Origin: an uncultured bacterium
Lineage (GTDB): Bacteria > Babelota > Babeliae > Babelales > Babelaceae
Direction of reading: 5' to 3'
NCBI GenBank assembly: GCA_963824495.1
Contig: CAWGPQ010000011.1
Span: forward strand, 126,654 to 190,653
DNA: 64,000 nt
This document shows, piece by piece, positions 18,807-30,338 of this stretch. A program made the position numbers and the translations under genes. The notes below the pieces were generated by a model. That model did no database searches and was not told the DNA's origin. It was given only the letters and a program-made list of their open reading frames with translations. The stretch's first letter is position 1. Every line of letters begins with the position of its first letter.

Positions 18807-19146
18807 AAAGCACCAAGCTTTTTTTGCTGTGTCGAAGTCCTTAAAATTATAAAACAATATAATTTTTACTATTGAGAATTTAATCAACTTTGACTCGAAA
18901 AGTATATCAACCACGAGCAGCAGCTTTGCTTATGGTATTGTTTACTAAAACTTAGCTTATAAGCATGTAACTTTTTGATCAATACCAACTGCATACGAAT
19001 ATAATGCACTTTCTGCTGAAATCACCGCTCTTATTGCTCGTTTTGCTATCGCTCCCGGCAAAAGAATACAAGCAAGATCAAACACTAACCCTAATTCCAA
19101 CTCTTAACCTCTTATTACTGCGACTATTAGCGCGTTAATACACCTA

Positions 19147-22100
19147 TTATCTATAAACAAGATAGAGCAGGCCAAAACTTGGATTACTGATACGCTGTGG
19201 TCTGCCTGACGTATCAAGTACTGGTCTTGTAGTACCAGTTTTTGGATCGGTTACAATTTGAAATCCTGGAGCCTGTACATGCTTGGCACTCAAAAGCTCA
19301 AGTAACTGGCTCGCCAGTAATGCATTACCTGTAGGGTTGCCCTGATTATCAAAGAGCACACCGTGCTCAATATCAATAAAACTTACTGGTGCAGGTCTAT
19401 AATACGATGCAGTGGCATCAGCTGATGAAAGCTGGTATGCGTAACGATCAGTCGACCTGTCATACCTGAATGATGGCAAAATTTGCTTAAGTATATCTTG
19501 TTGCTGAGGTGGGGCATTAACAATACCCTGAATAACTTGAGCATTACTATTAAACGGAGCAACCAATCGTGCTGTACCCTGTGCATCAATCACTGAATAA
19601 AGCTGAAGCTCTGCTTGTAAATTCATAAGATCTTGAGGACTCATAATTTTCGAGCGATACTCAAAAAAGTAGGTAGCTTGATTATCTTGGATGGTCAAAT
19701 AGCGAGCACCTGTACCAAGATCAAGTATATTGTCACGTACAATTATTGTATAGGTAATAGTACTATCAAGCGGATCTTGTGCTGTCATAGTATAGGTAGT
19801 TTCCTGTTTAGCGTCACCCCGCGGTGCAGAACCCCGAGGAGTAAATAGCACTTCTTCTATAGGTCCCGTTACAGCCTGTTTTCTATAGAGCATCTGTTGT
19901 ATATGTCCTTGAGAATCACGAATAATTAATGCGGGATGATTGTCTTCTTGAACAAATTGAGTCGTTAAACCATCATAAGCTGCCCCAAGCTTACCGGTAC
20001 GCATATAATGAGCTACTTCAAAAAATGATTGAGGTGTCGCCGGTGTATAGGTACCCAACGATGTAGTAAATGGTATCGCATTTGTCGATGGATCGGCTGG
20101 ACCTGATTGGGCGCTTATAGAATAAGTCATGATACTATCATGTGGTAGATCCTGCACTAAAATCGCGTCCTCCGGCCATCCACTTTGTAGAATAACTGCA
20201 GGATTATTATTAACTGTTTGTGTTGAAGCAAATATATAATCATGATAGGCTCCCGTATTTGATAAAGCTTCCACACGAAGATTATTATTTAAATCCGGAA
20301 AAGCAAAAAGTGTATCGCCAGCTGTTCCCATGAGCACAGGATGTAGCTGCCGATAGGGAGTGCCATCAAGATTGAAATAATAACCAGTAGCAAGATCCAG
20401 ATAATACGGTGCACCTGAACGAGGTCTCACTTGGACAAAATATGACCGTATGTGTTCATCGGTATTGAAGTAGAATGTGTAGGTTGACCCAGCATATGTT
20501 TTAGGGCTTATGCCTGGCGCAGAAATCATAAGTGAGCTTTTACCGGTAGGTCCATCAACTAAAGGCAGCGCAGGGCTTGAATTTGGCACACCAAGCTGTT
20601 CAGCACCTGTTTGTGGATTAAGCGTAATGCCCCGGTACTTGCGCATCATATCAAGCACCCAATTGGTATAGGTACGTAATGGTGCTCTATTTGTTGCATC
20701 GTAAAGTACACCCGTCGCGGGATTAGCAGCATAGTCAAAAATACTTGCTAATGGTTGATCTGGGCATGAGGCTGGCGTTTGAGGTGTTGGTGACTGCTCA
20801 GAAGCAAAAACCACACCATATACTTTGCCTCCACCAGGCATTTTAAGATGATTATAGGGTATCGGTAAACAATCAGCTGCAAGAAGATTAGCAGTAATTT
20901 CACTTGATAGCGGTACCGGCTCAGCAGCTTGAGCTGCTTTAACCGCCTGTTGTTCTTGCAGATATTCTTCATATGCTGGCTTTATAGCATTACTTATAGC
21001 AGTTCTTAAATCAGGTCGAATCGTTCCCCCCGCTGCTTGAATCTGCTTAAGAATGGTATCTGTAGCACTACCAGGTACGGCAGAAACAAGAGGTCCCACA
21101 AAACCGGTACGGTTATATACACCCCCTGTAACAAGACTAATAAGAGCATTAGAACCGCCATCAAGCGGCCGCCCAATCTTCGTTGGCGTGCCATTACTTA
21201 GTATCGCAGAAACAAAGAAGTCTCTGGCTTGAGCAAGGAGCTGTTGCGATGATAGCGATAACGGATTGAGTATGGTACTTACATCTTGATAAATATAGGT
21301 ACTCGTATCTGCATCTTGAGGATCAAGAAGCAAAGCAAACCTATAGAAATACTCAAGTTCTTTGCTTGGCTGATAAAGCTTCTGCGACGCGATAATAGCT
21401 TTTTGCAATAGTGCCGGATATGATGCAATTAATGCGCTTGTATTTTTAGCTTTTATCACAACACCCTGGGCATTCTGAAGGGATACAATACTACCATCTG
21501 CCTGACGTTGGTATTTAACACCAGTCGTCAAGCTTATTAAGAATGGCTGGGGATTAAATGGATCAAATTGCTCGCCTCTACCTGGATCCGTAGTAGTCAT
21601 ATCTTGGCTTGAGACTATAAAATATTGGCCAGGATAATTTGGTGATGTATAAACATATGCCCCGCTTCTCATATCATTAACGCTTGTTCCACTAATAATA
21701 ACATTCTCAAGTAGCTGTGCCGTAAAATTAAACGGCCCCATCGCTTCATAAGCAAGCCATGCATCTTGCGTGCTCATGCGATAGGTATACCACGCATCAT
21801 GTGCACTGGTAATACGAGATATAAGCTCAGACCCTGCAGTACCCAAAGAGGTTAAATAGTGAGAAGTTGTTTGAGTACCCTTAGACCAGAGCTTCCACGG
21901 TTGAGCAAGAAGTTCTGGGGGTTAAAGACGAAGAGCTTATCATTTGGTATTTTGTCCTGATATGCCAATCTCACTGACAAGTTACTGCTCGGCGGTAGTG
22001 TAATCTTACCCAATACATTTTGAATATTATTAAAATTACCAATAGCAACAGCATCGTTATTAAGAGCAGCACTGAGAGTTGTTCCTAAGTTAGCCCATGC

Positions 22101-25100
22101 TTGAGGATTTTTATTTAACGCTATAATAATGGCAGGTGTTGGCGCATCAGCATTAATACCTGTATTCTGAGCCAGTGCAGCGGCAAGCACTTGAACACAT
22201 CCTTGGGCTATTTGCTGAAGATTTTTACCAATAAGCTGTTGATCCGTCACTCCAGCATTGGCGAGCCCCTGGCCAAGCCAATAAGCGACAGCTGCAGCAA
22301 ATGCTCGCGGCAACGCTCCTCCTGCACCGCGGAGTGAAGCAAAACTTGTGGTTGGGCCGGTATTAATACTGGTTTCAATCTCTTGCTCTAAAAATATAAG
22401 TGCCGGCGGTTGTCCGTTGAAAGGGTTGAACTCCCATTCCATAGTATACGTACCTAGGCGTGTCTGACGAGGTGTTGGTGTTATAACAGCACCTTGGCTC
22501 TGCTTCCAAAAACTGCTTTGAGCCCAAGCACTTACCGAAGTAGTAGATAAAGGATATGCCATAAGGGTGTTTTGGTTAGGAGGGTATGGGTCAATTACTT
22601 GAACCAGCTGGAAGCTTACAGGATCTGTTGCGAGCGTTAAATCTTTAGTATAGATACGTGATGAAACCAAGCTTGCAAAAAATTTAACCAACCCCGGTGC
22701 TGGTAATTGCACAGGATTTTGGTTATTATCAAGCGGCACAAGATAATCAACATATGCTCCTTTTGCAGAGCCTTCAAGGGTACCATCATCACCATTAACG
22801 TCAGTTTTGCAGCTATACATAAACAGGTCCTGTATTCCCGCAAGCTCAGGCAGAACTGTTAAAACATACGTACCTATATGAAACGGTCCTTGTGCCTGCC
22901 GTTGTATCATAAAGTTTTTAACTGCTGTTATTTGGTTAAGAAGAGGCGCAGCAATAGGAGGAAAAACAACTGATTTAATAAGAGCGTCAGCTGTACCAGC
23001 TGGAACAGTGGTGCTCGTGTTTCCTGTTGAAACTTCGGTAAATGTTCCATCAAGTAAACTAAAGAGATAAGCAACCTCGTTATTAATACCATAATGAGGT
23101 ATGTGTGTTGTTTCCTGACCATTATCAGGATCACTATGGGGAACAAGTGCCGGTATATAGCTATAATATCTATCGACACCAACAACATAATCGTAGGCAA
23201 GATCGCGTGCAGCTCCTGTCAGTGACGCTCGTACATTACGAGCAAGAGCAGTGCTTGGCGTTTGATAAATAAATAGATTATAAGCACCATACACAAGATC
23301 TGGAGCTGAAGCCTGAGCCGCACCTGCTTGACCCATTAGTGTTTGAAGCTCACTATTCGTTAAGCCCTTAATACCCTGAACTTGTATGCCGGATGCAAAC
23401 GTGTGTGGATTTGTTAAAGCACTGAGAGCCCTGGCAAATAGGTGAGGTGGTTTATTCAAATCAAGCGGATCAGGAGGCATAAGCTGAGCAGCTATTGTGC
23501 CACTGCCAGGAGCCCTCTGTACCTCAGGTTGGCCACCATTGGCAAACATATCATAGCTTTCCATTAAGGGAGTGCCAGATTGAACTTTGCCTGCCATCGA
23601 TTGTAAAAACTGAATAACCGTTATAGTCCGTGGGTCTTGACCGGGGACACTTCCAAGCAATTGCCGTGCTGGAGCGGCAGTATTAATAGGAGCACCATCA
23701 CTGTAAAACTCAAAGCCACTATTAAGATGAAGCATTTGCCCGGCGGCATTAAGAGTAATTGGATACTGGGCAAGTCCCATTTCACCACTTGTGATAAAAT
23801 AATCAGCTGTTGCATATTGAGCTTGAGCAAACTCACGTACGCGCTCACCCTGCCGCATACGACGAGCCTCGTCTGGCGTCACATTATCTAGAGCAACATA
23901 TAAAAATATGCTACTATTTGGATTATTGGCATTAATCAATTCTTTTGGTATCTGCATCCAGCAATTGCCAATATACTGCGGCGCTGCAATGGTAGTATAA
24001 AGTGCCTGTCTCTGCTCTCGCGAGTTAATACCTGATTGTAAAAAACTCGGAACCATAAATATAGCAGCACCCAATAACGACTCGGCTATGCCGATAAGCC
24101 TACCTTTGGTCCATTGCAAAATACCTTGAAGCCGTTCAGCAGCGGAAATACCCTTAGCCGGGAATATATCCGCTGCTTTGTCTATAGCAGCTTCAGAAAA
24201 TTTAAGCTGATTCTCTGCTATTTTTACCCTCTCCTGAAGAGCTCTTGCTTTGTAATTGGGACTTGTCTTCAATTCCTCTTTTGCGTCCGCTAATTCCTTA
24301 AGTGCTGCATTATATTGATCAGTAAGACGCTGCTTTGTGATTGCTTGTTGATGCCCTTCTGGAACTTCACTTAAGGCTTTCTCATATGCTTCCTGTGCAG
24401 TTTTACTTGCAGCTTCTGCTGCTTCGATAGCACTGGCGTCTTCACTCAAACGAGCAGCATTAAGCAAAGTATCAGCTCGTGTAAGACCATACCCTGCAGC
24501 CAGAGCAGCTTTATCTGCAGGAGTGCTTAACTCTATTGCTGGAGCTGATGGTCCGCCGGGAACAACCACAGTTCCAGATAGCTTTTGAAGATTTTCAAAA
24601 GCCTGCAAATCAGCAGTAGCAAATGAAAAACTTGGCGCCTTTCGTAAATTATCAATAAAAAATGATGCACCCTCTTCGTGCAACCTTTTAGCAATTATAT
24701 CTTTTACTTGGCTTGCAATTTGGTCGACAGGTATACCTTCGTCAAATAATTTTCCTATATCTCTTCCAACCTCCACCATAGCGGTGTTATAATGTCGAGT
24801 GCCAATCTCCCTTCTAGTCTGTTCAAGAGCACTTGCAATTGTTTCTTCAGAAAGCCCTTGCCTCATTGCATCTTCCATAGTTTGAGTAATAACCGGAGCT
24901 GCAATATTACTTTCAAGTCCAAGCTTCATGCCAGTAGTAAAGGCACTAGCGGCACTTTCATTAAAAGCTCCGGCAAGAGCTTCCGCACCAATCTCACCAC
25001 CATATACCTGTGGCATAACGATAGTTGAAGCCATACCAATCATAAAAAAGATTTTAAGCAGATAACGTGAGCTTAAAGACAATCGCATTATAATATCCCT

Positions 25101-25112
25101 TCTAGCGAACAA
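19147..25112 (-). CDS. Very large secreted/surface hypothetical protein (~2000 aa), split by one probable frameshift near 21920
   Basis: ORFs 21852-25112 and 19147-21846 abut; downstream frame is open back to a C5 run near 21917-21921; signal peptide; shared internal motifs. Confidence 0.6.
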
Positions 25113-25314
25113 ATTATTTTGAATTTTAATATAAATTCTATTTATAAATTATTATAGTCTATCGGAGAGTCAGAATACAAGACTAAGCGATGGCACCGTT
25201 GCTATATTGTAAAATTATGAGGCTAATTGGACTAAAAATACCTACAACTGGGCACCTTTTTGGGTTCACCTTGATCTTAGATCTTCTTATTGATAGTATG
25301 GCAACGTTTGTTAC

Positions 25315-28300
25315 TTGAATCTTATGGAGAATAATATTGTGATCAATTATAGTATTTCATTAATGTGCTTAGTTCTTGCTAGTATCTTGTTCGAAAATTT
25401 GAAAATATGCGCCATGAACCCTGCTGCTTTACATGCCGCCCATGGAGCACATTGGTTCCTTCAACAACAGAAAAAGCGCGAAAGAAATGAAAACTTATTA
25501 AAAGCCGCTGAAAAAGGTGACGTTGCATGGGTAACCTCTTTAGTAAACGACGGTGCCGATATTAATCACGCTGACTATAAAAACAATAGCCCTCTTTTAC
25601 TTGCTGCAAAATATGGGCATCAAGCTGTCGTTGCAGCACTGCTCTCTACTAAAAAAATTAAAAACGTTGATCATACTGATCAAAATGGCTACACAGCCCT
25701 TATATGGGGAGCGGAAGTTGGTAATGCAGACATAGCTAAGTTACTCGTAGCTCATGGAGCTAATGCCAATAAGCTTTATAAAAATGGCAGCACGACTCCT
25801 GTTAGTCTGGCACTTGAAAAAAACAATGATGCTTTGTTTGAAGCTCTTACCGGCAGAAAACCTCCCGCCGCTTCTGTTCCAAAAAAAACACCTAAACCAA
25901 CTTCTCAACCAGTTCCAATTCCCCAACAAAACAAGGACCCAAAGTTACAGCTACTTGAAGGCGCAGCAAGTAATGACAGGGTGCTCGTAAGATCGTTATT
26001 GCAACAGGGTATTGATAGTAATTGTGTTGACAGTGAAGGCAATACTGCACTTATACTTGCGGCAAAGAATCGCCATAAAGATATGGTTGCACTATTGCTT
26101 TTGCATAAAGGTACCACTGTTGATCAGGCTAATACGAACTTCGGAGATACCGCCCTTTCATGGGCTGCATTTCGAGGTGATACCGATATCGTTAACTTAC
26201 TTATAAGCCATGGAGCTGACGTAAATAAGGCGGGAAAACAGGATATTACTCCTCTTTCATTGGCAGCAAGAACAGGTCATGTAGCAGTCGTTAGGCTATT
26301 GCTGCAGCATCATGCTCACGTAAATGATGCAGATGATAGGGGCAATACTCCCTTTTCATTAGCTATTGCAAGCGGCGAGGCTGATGTGGTTGAGTTACTT
26401 ATACGCCATGGGGCTGACGTACATAAGGCTGGTAAAGACGGCCTGACACCTCTTGCATTAGCAGTAAGAAAAGGCAGTAGAGAGATAATTAAACTTCTTG
26501 CAGAGCACGGAGCCGATGTTAATTGTGCCTATAATGGCATAACTCCCTTAAGAGTTATAGTTGACAAAGCGAGCGAAGAGTTGACCCAAAAAATAGCACA
26601 GGATTACATAAGTAAACATGGCAAGACGCTTATTGCTACTACAGTTTTTGGTAAGGATGCACGGGTACTTTTGAGCACTCCTTTCATACTCAATAAGCAC
26701 ATACCTGCTGACGTACTGGCTAAGCTGAGATCAGAAGTTTTAAAGAAACATGAAGAGCTCATCAAGCTTTTGCTCAAGTATGGAGCAGATAGTAATTACG
26801 TTGCACCAGACATGTATACTCCACTCACGCTTGCCACCGGTGAGGGATGGCTGGAAATCGTGAAGCTATTTTTGGAACACGGTGCTCATGCGATAGCTGT
26901 GAAAAAAGGCTTAGGCGATGCTCTTTTTTGGGCAGTGACTGATGGTCATGAAGACATAGCGCTAGAGCTTTTGCACTATGGTGCTCCTATAAACCCAAAT
27001 GTAGAAGAAAAATTAAGGGGCATGCTTGAAAATAAGAAATATTCTGATCTTGCCCTATCAGTATTATTTGGGCAGAGCAAGCGAGTTAGTGCGTTGCTAC
27101 GACAGATGCCTCCGGCAGTGCTAGAAGAACATAGAATGAGGCAATGCGGTAAAGCACCATCTTTATGGCAAAAAGCACGCTCAGCTTTTAATAATTACCC
27201 TGATATTAATACACGAGATGAATTCGGTATGACAGTTCTTCATGTTGCTGCTCTACGAGGGGATATAGATCTTATAAAGAAATTGCTTGATTTTGGTGCT
27301 GATTGGCGATTGCATACTGGTGACGGTATGACCGCCCATGATATCGTCAAAAAAAGTAAAGATAAAGCTTTCGCCCAAGGCAATGTGGTACGAGCTGGAG
27401 TTTTTGAACGAATCATGAATTATATCAATTATTATGGAACTAATATTCAAAATATTGTTAAAGCAAAAACAGCTTATGAAAAATTATCGGTACAAGAAAA
27501 AGCTGAACTTAGTAATAAATTTTTACAAGTAGTCCAAGCTGGCAATGCTCAAGGTGTGCTTGATATAGTGCAGCAAGGCGTTGATAGTAATCAAGTTAAT
27601 GATCAAGGTGAAACACCGCTTATGCTCGCTGCTGCAGCTGGCAATAAAGACGTCATGCACATGTTGTTGAATCATGGGGCAGATATTAATCAGCAAGACA
27701 GTATGGGTAATACTGCACTCATGCGTGTTATTGGTCAGAAGAGTTTTGAAATTGCTCACATGCTTATCGAACATTCAGCAGATAGTAGTGTAACCAATAA
27801 TGAAGGCCAGACTGCTTTAACACAAGCGTTATGCACTGGCAACCAAGATCTGCTTGAGCTTCTCGTAAAAAATGGAGCTGTTCTTGATCCTGTACAATCT
27901 GTACAAGCTATACAAGCCGATAAATATCCAATTGATACTATAATTTTTTTATTGAGAAACGGTGTATCGGTCACGCCCGAGCTCCGTGCAGAAATAACGA
28001 AACGCTTAGAAGAAAAAGGCATGTCTCAGCTGAGTCTTGCTATTACTTCCGAAGATTACAGTAAACTTGAGTCTTTGCTATGCAGCATACCGCAGCCAGT
28101 AGTTACTTTAAATCTAGCACGCCAGCATGCAGCAGAAGAGGCACTACAGTCCATGATGCAGGAATTTCAACAGGCCGTAAGCTCGTTGCAGGAGCCTTAT
28201 ATTGATATTAACCAGCAGGGAGCTGATGATGGCACAACGGCACTCCATTGGGCTGCGGCTCAGGGTAACATCAAAGCTGTACAAGCACTTCTTAAGCACG

Positions 28301-28491
28301 GTGCTCATCAAACACTACGTGATCGATGTGGATTATTACCTCTTGAAATTGCCCAGCGCAATATGGTTACCGCTCGCACTTCAGGTAATGCGCAGACTAT
28401 CGCTCGGCTTCAAGCTGTCATTCAGGCTCTTAATAATCATATACAAGCCGACGTCGCACAAGTACGTCTAGAAGATCTTTCGCTTCTTTAA
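25315..28491 (+). CDS. Large ankyrin-repeat protein
   Basis: Many G.TPL/TAL..AA..G repeats; signal-like N-terminus. Confidence 0.93.
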   Translation: MNLMENNIVINYSISLMCLVLASILFENLKICAMNPAALHAAHGAHWFLQQQKKRERNENLLKAAEKGDVAWVTSLVNDGADINHADYKNNSPLLLAAKYGHQAVVAALLSTKKIKNVDHTDQNGYTALIWGAEVGNADIAKLLVAHGANANKLYKNGSTTPVSLALEKNNDALFEALTGRKPPAASVPKKTPKPTSQPVPIPQQNKDPKLQLLEGAASNDRVLVRSLLQQGIDSNCVDSEGNTALILAAKNRHKDMVALLLLHKGTTVDQANTNFGDTALSWAAFRGDTDIVNLLISHGADVNKAGKQDITPLSLAARTGHVAVVRLLLQHHAHVNDADDRGNTPFSLAIASGEADVVELLIRHGADVHKAGKDGLTPLALAVRKGSREIIKLLAEHGADVNCAYNGITPLRVIVDKASEELTQKIAQDYISKHGKTLIATTVFGKDARVLLSTPFILNKHIPADVLAKLRSEVLKKHEELIKLLLKYGADSNYVAPDMYTPLTLATGEGWLEIVKLFLEHGAHAIAVKKGLGDALFWAVTDGHEDIALELLHYGAPINPNVEEKLRGMLENKKYSDLALSVLFGQSKRVSALLRQMPPAVLEEHRMRQCGKAPSLWQKARSAFNNYPDINTRDEFGMTVLHVAALRGDIDLIKKLLDFGADWRLHTGDGMTAHDIVKKSKDKAFAQGNVVRAGVFERIMNYINYYGTNIQNIVKAKTAYEKLSVQEKAELSNKFLQVVQAGNAQGVLDIVQQGVDSNQVNDQGETPLMLAAAAGNKDVMHMLLNHGADINQQDSMGNTALMRVIGQKSFEIAHMLIEHSADSSVTNNEGQTALTQALCTGNQDLLELLVKNGAVLDPVQSVQAIQADKYPIDTIIFLLRNGVSVTPELRAEITKRLEEKGMSQLSLAITSEDYSKLESLLCSIPQPVVTLNLARQHAAEEALQSMMQEFQQAVSSLQEPYIDINQQGADDGTTALHWAAAQGNIKAVQALLKHGAHQTLRDRCGLLPLEIAQRNMVTARTSGNAQTIARLQAVIQALNNHIQADVAQVRLEDLSLL

Positions 28492-28506
28492 CGATGCAAG
28501 TAGGGG

Positions 28507-29607
28507 TTATTTTAAGATAGAGTAAACAGGTAGTTCCGTCTGCTGTGGTGGATCTTGCGAAATTTTTTGTTGCGGTTTTTTGGCAATAGTACCCGTCAAT
28601 ACTTTATTGATAAACTTGCGCACCCTATAGACATATTTTTCAGGATAATAAAAGTATGCCCCAAAGTGATACTCGCCATTGGCAATCCATAAGCGTTTAT
28701 AGCCTGCAGCAGATTCATAGATCTGGTGTACCGCTTCAACAGGCGATTTTTCGTCATGTTTACAGGCAATAAAATAGGCGGGAATCGTTATTCGTTGTGC
28801 TGCTTGAACGGTATCAATTGGCATAAGACAGGTATTAATTTGCGTGGGATCCATTTTGGCAAGGATGCGCAAAGCAAATTTTAAAATTGACTGGACATAG
28901 GGATTGTAGGCATAAGACTTAAGAAGCGATAGACCCGGAAGTCCAAACTCATACCCAAAAAAATTAACTTTAAGGTTCTCTAAACTACGACCGATAACGC
29001 CCTCGGTAGATTCAAAAGGACAGTCCCAGATTGCCGCATGAAATAGTGAGCTATCTTCAGCTTGAGCTAAAATGGAAGCAACAGCACCCATTGAAAAGCC
29101 ATACACAATCCGCATGGTATCTTTAAGTTCAGGGTGAGTGCGAATAAAATCAACCAAACCCATAACGTCATATTTCTCATTTTGACCAAAAGAGCAGCAT
29201 TGACCTTCGCTCAACTCACCGTGAGCACGAAAATCACCAAGCACAACATTAAAGTTATCGTTAAAGAGAGGATGATAGCTAAATAACGAGTCAGCCAGAA
29301 ACCTAATATCATGCTTATTGCACATAAAGCCATGAAGCAAGATTATGGTAGCACGAGCATCAGGCTTTATGAGGGCGAGGCCACGACGCTCAATTTTTTT
29401 ATCGGAACGCATAGTCTCTCGGGCAAGAAAGGTAAAGCGCTCTTCTCGCGCTCCTGCGTAATACTTATGGTCTTTTTTTCGCCGGAGCACAGATTGCCCC
29501 TCGGAGGCAGTTGAAGACATCTCTGAATAACTCGTTGAAAAAGAGCTTATAGAGACCACCATAAGCAGCATGCCACAGATCATTTTATAGAGCAGTATAA
29601 ACTTCAT
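28507..29607 (-). CDS. Secreted alpha/beta hydrolase
   Basis: LLHGF, DFRAHGELS, GFSMG nucleophile elbow, downstream Asp and His. Confidence 0.88.
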   Translation of the reverse strand: MKFILLYKMICGMLLMVVSISSFSTSYSEMSSTASEGQSVLRRKKDHKYYAGAREERFTFLARETMRSDKKIERRGLALIKPDARATIILLHGFMCNKHDIRFLADSLFSYHPLFNDNFNVVLGDFRAHGELSEGQCCSFGQNEKYDVMGLVDFIRTHPELKDTMRIVYGFSMGAVASILAQAEDSSLFHAAIWDCPFESTEGVIGRSLENLKVNFFGYEFGLPGLSLLKSYAYNPYVQSILKFALRILAKMDPTQINTCLMPIDTVQAAQRITIPAYFIACKHDEKSPVEAVHQIYESAAGYKRLWIANGEYHFGAYFYYPEKYVYRVRKFINKVLTGTIAKKPQQKISQDPPQQTELPVYSILK

Positions 29608-30182
29608 GGTATCACTCCTGTGCTTAAGCTTGCGTCTGCTTTATATTTTTTTAAGCGCTGCTTATATACCATGCGTAACTCTTGAAGCGTTCTGGTTGGT
29701 TGCCCATAGGGTGCTCCTGGCAAACTTGACCAGACTTTATTTACTTTTGTCAAAGCATGATTGAAATAGCCATTCTTAACATAATCAAGAGCACCATTTT
29801 CACGAAGCAATTCAAGCGCACCACGATCCTGATTTTCAGGCGTAAAGTCACGAGCACCTATCTTTTGAGCAATACGCTTCCATGTACTTTTGAGAAATTG
29901 ATACCGCCCAGCTGCACTCGAACAGAGAAGCTCTCCATTATTAAGTGAACATCTAATTCGGCGCGGATGATCTTTAAAACTCGTAAAAAATCCATAATTA
30001 TACAGTGTTTTATAGCCCTGCTCATTAAGCGTCCCCTCGGCATACGCAATAGTATCTAAAAATGCTCGTACTTGCGGACAACGCAGGTGCTCAAGTAGAT
30101 CTTCGCCATATATATCGGTATTTATACCGATACCTATACCGGCACCTATAAGTAGTAAGAAAAATATTTTCTTTATATTCAT
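29604..30182 (-). CDS. Glycoside hydrolase family 104 (lambda-lysozyme-like lytic transglycosylase)
   Basis: RAFLDTIAYAEGT, SAAGRYQFL..TW, DFTPENQD, WSSLPGAPYGQP. Confidence 0.88.
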   Translation of the reverse strand: MNIKKIFFLLLIGAGIGIGINTDIYGEDLLEHLRCPQVRAFLDTIAYAEGTLNEQGYKTLYNYGFFTSFKDHPRRIRCSLNNGELLCSSAAGRYQFLKSTWKRIAQKIGARDFTPENQDRGALELLRENGALDYVKNGYFNHALTKVNKVWSSLPGAPYGQPTRTLQELRMVYKQRLKKYKADASLSTGVIP

Positions 30183-30295
30183 AGCCCTATCCTCTCCCCC
30201 TTGAGTGGTTACTATGGCTAGATACTTTTTATCTATAGTTTATTCTTACTCTATAATATTTAATTTCAAAATGGAATATATAGCCTTTGAAAGAC

Positions 30296-30325
30296 AAAAA
30301 AAGCCCTGGAAATCAGGGCTTTTTT
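30296..30325. terminator. Rho-independent terminator downstream of the TrxR-Trx gene
   Basis: AAAAAAAGCCCTG-gaaat-CAGGGCTTTTTT. Confidence 0.8.
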
Positions 30326-30338
30326 AATATAAAATTAT

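Noticed and set aside
17970..30182. Prophage implied by RecT and lysozyme
   Set aside because: No integrase, terminase, capsid, tail or holin genes; the intervening genes are host-type.
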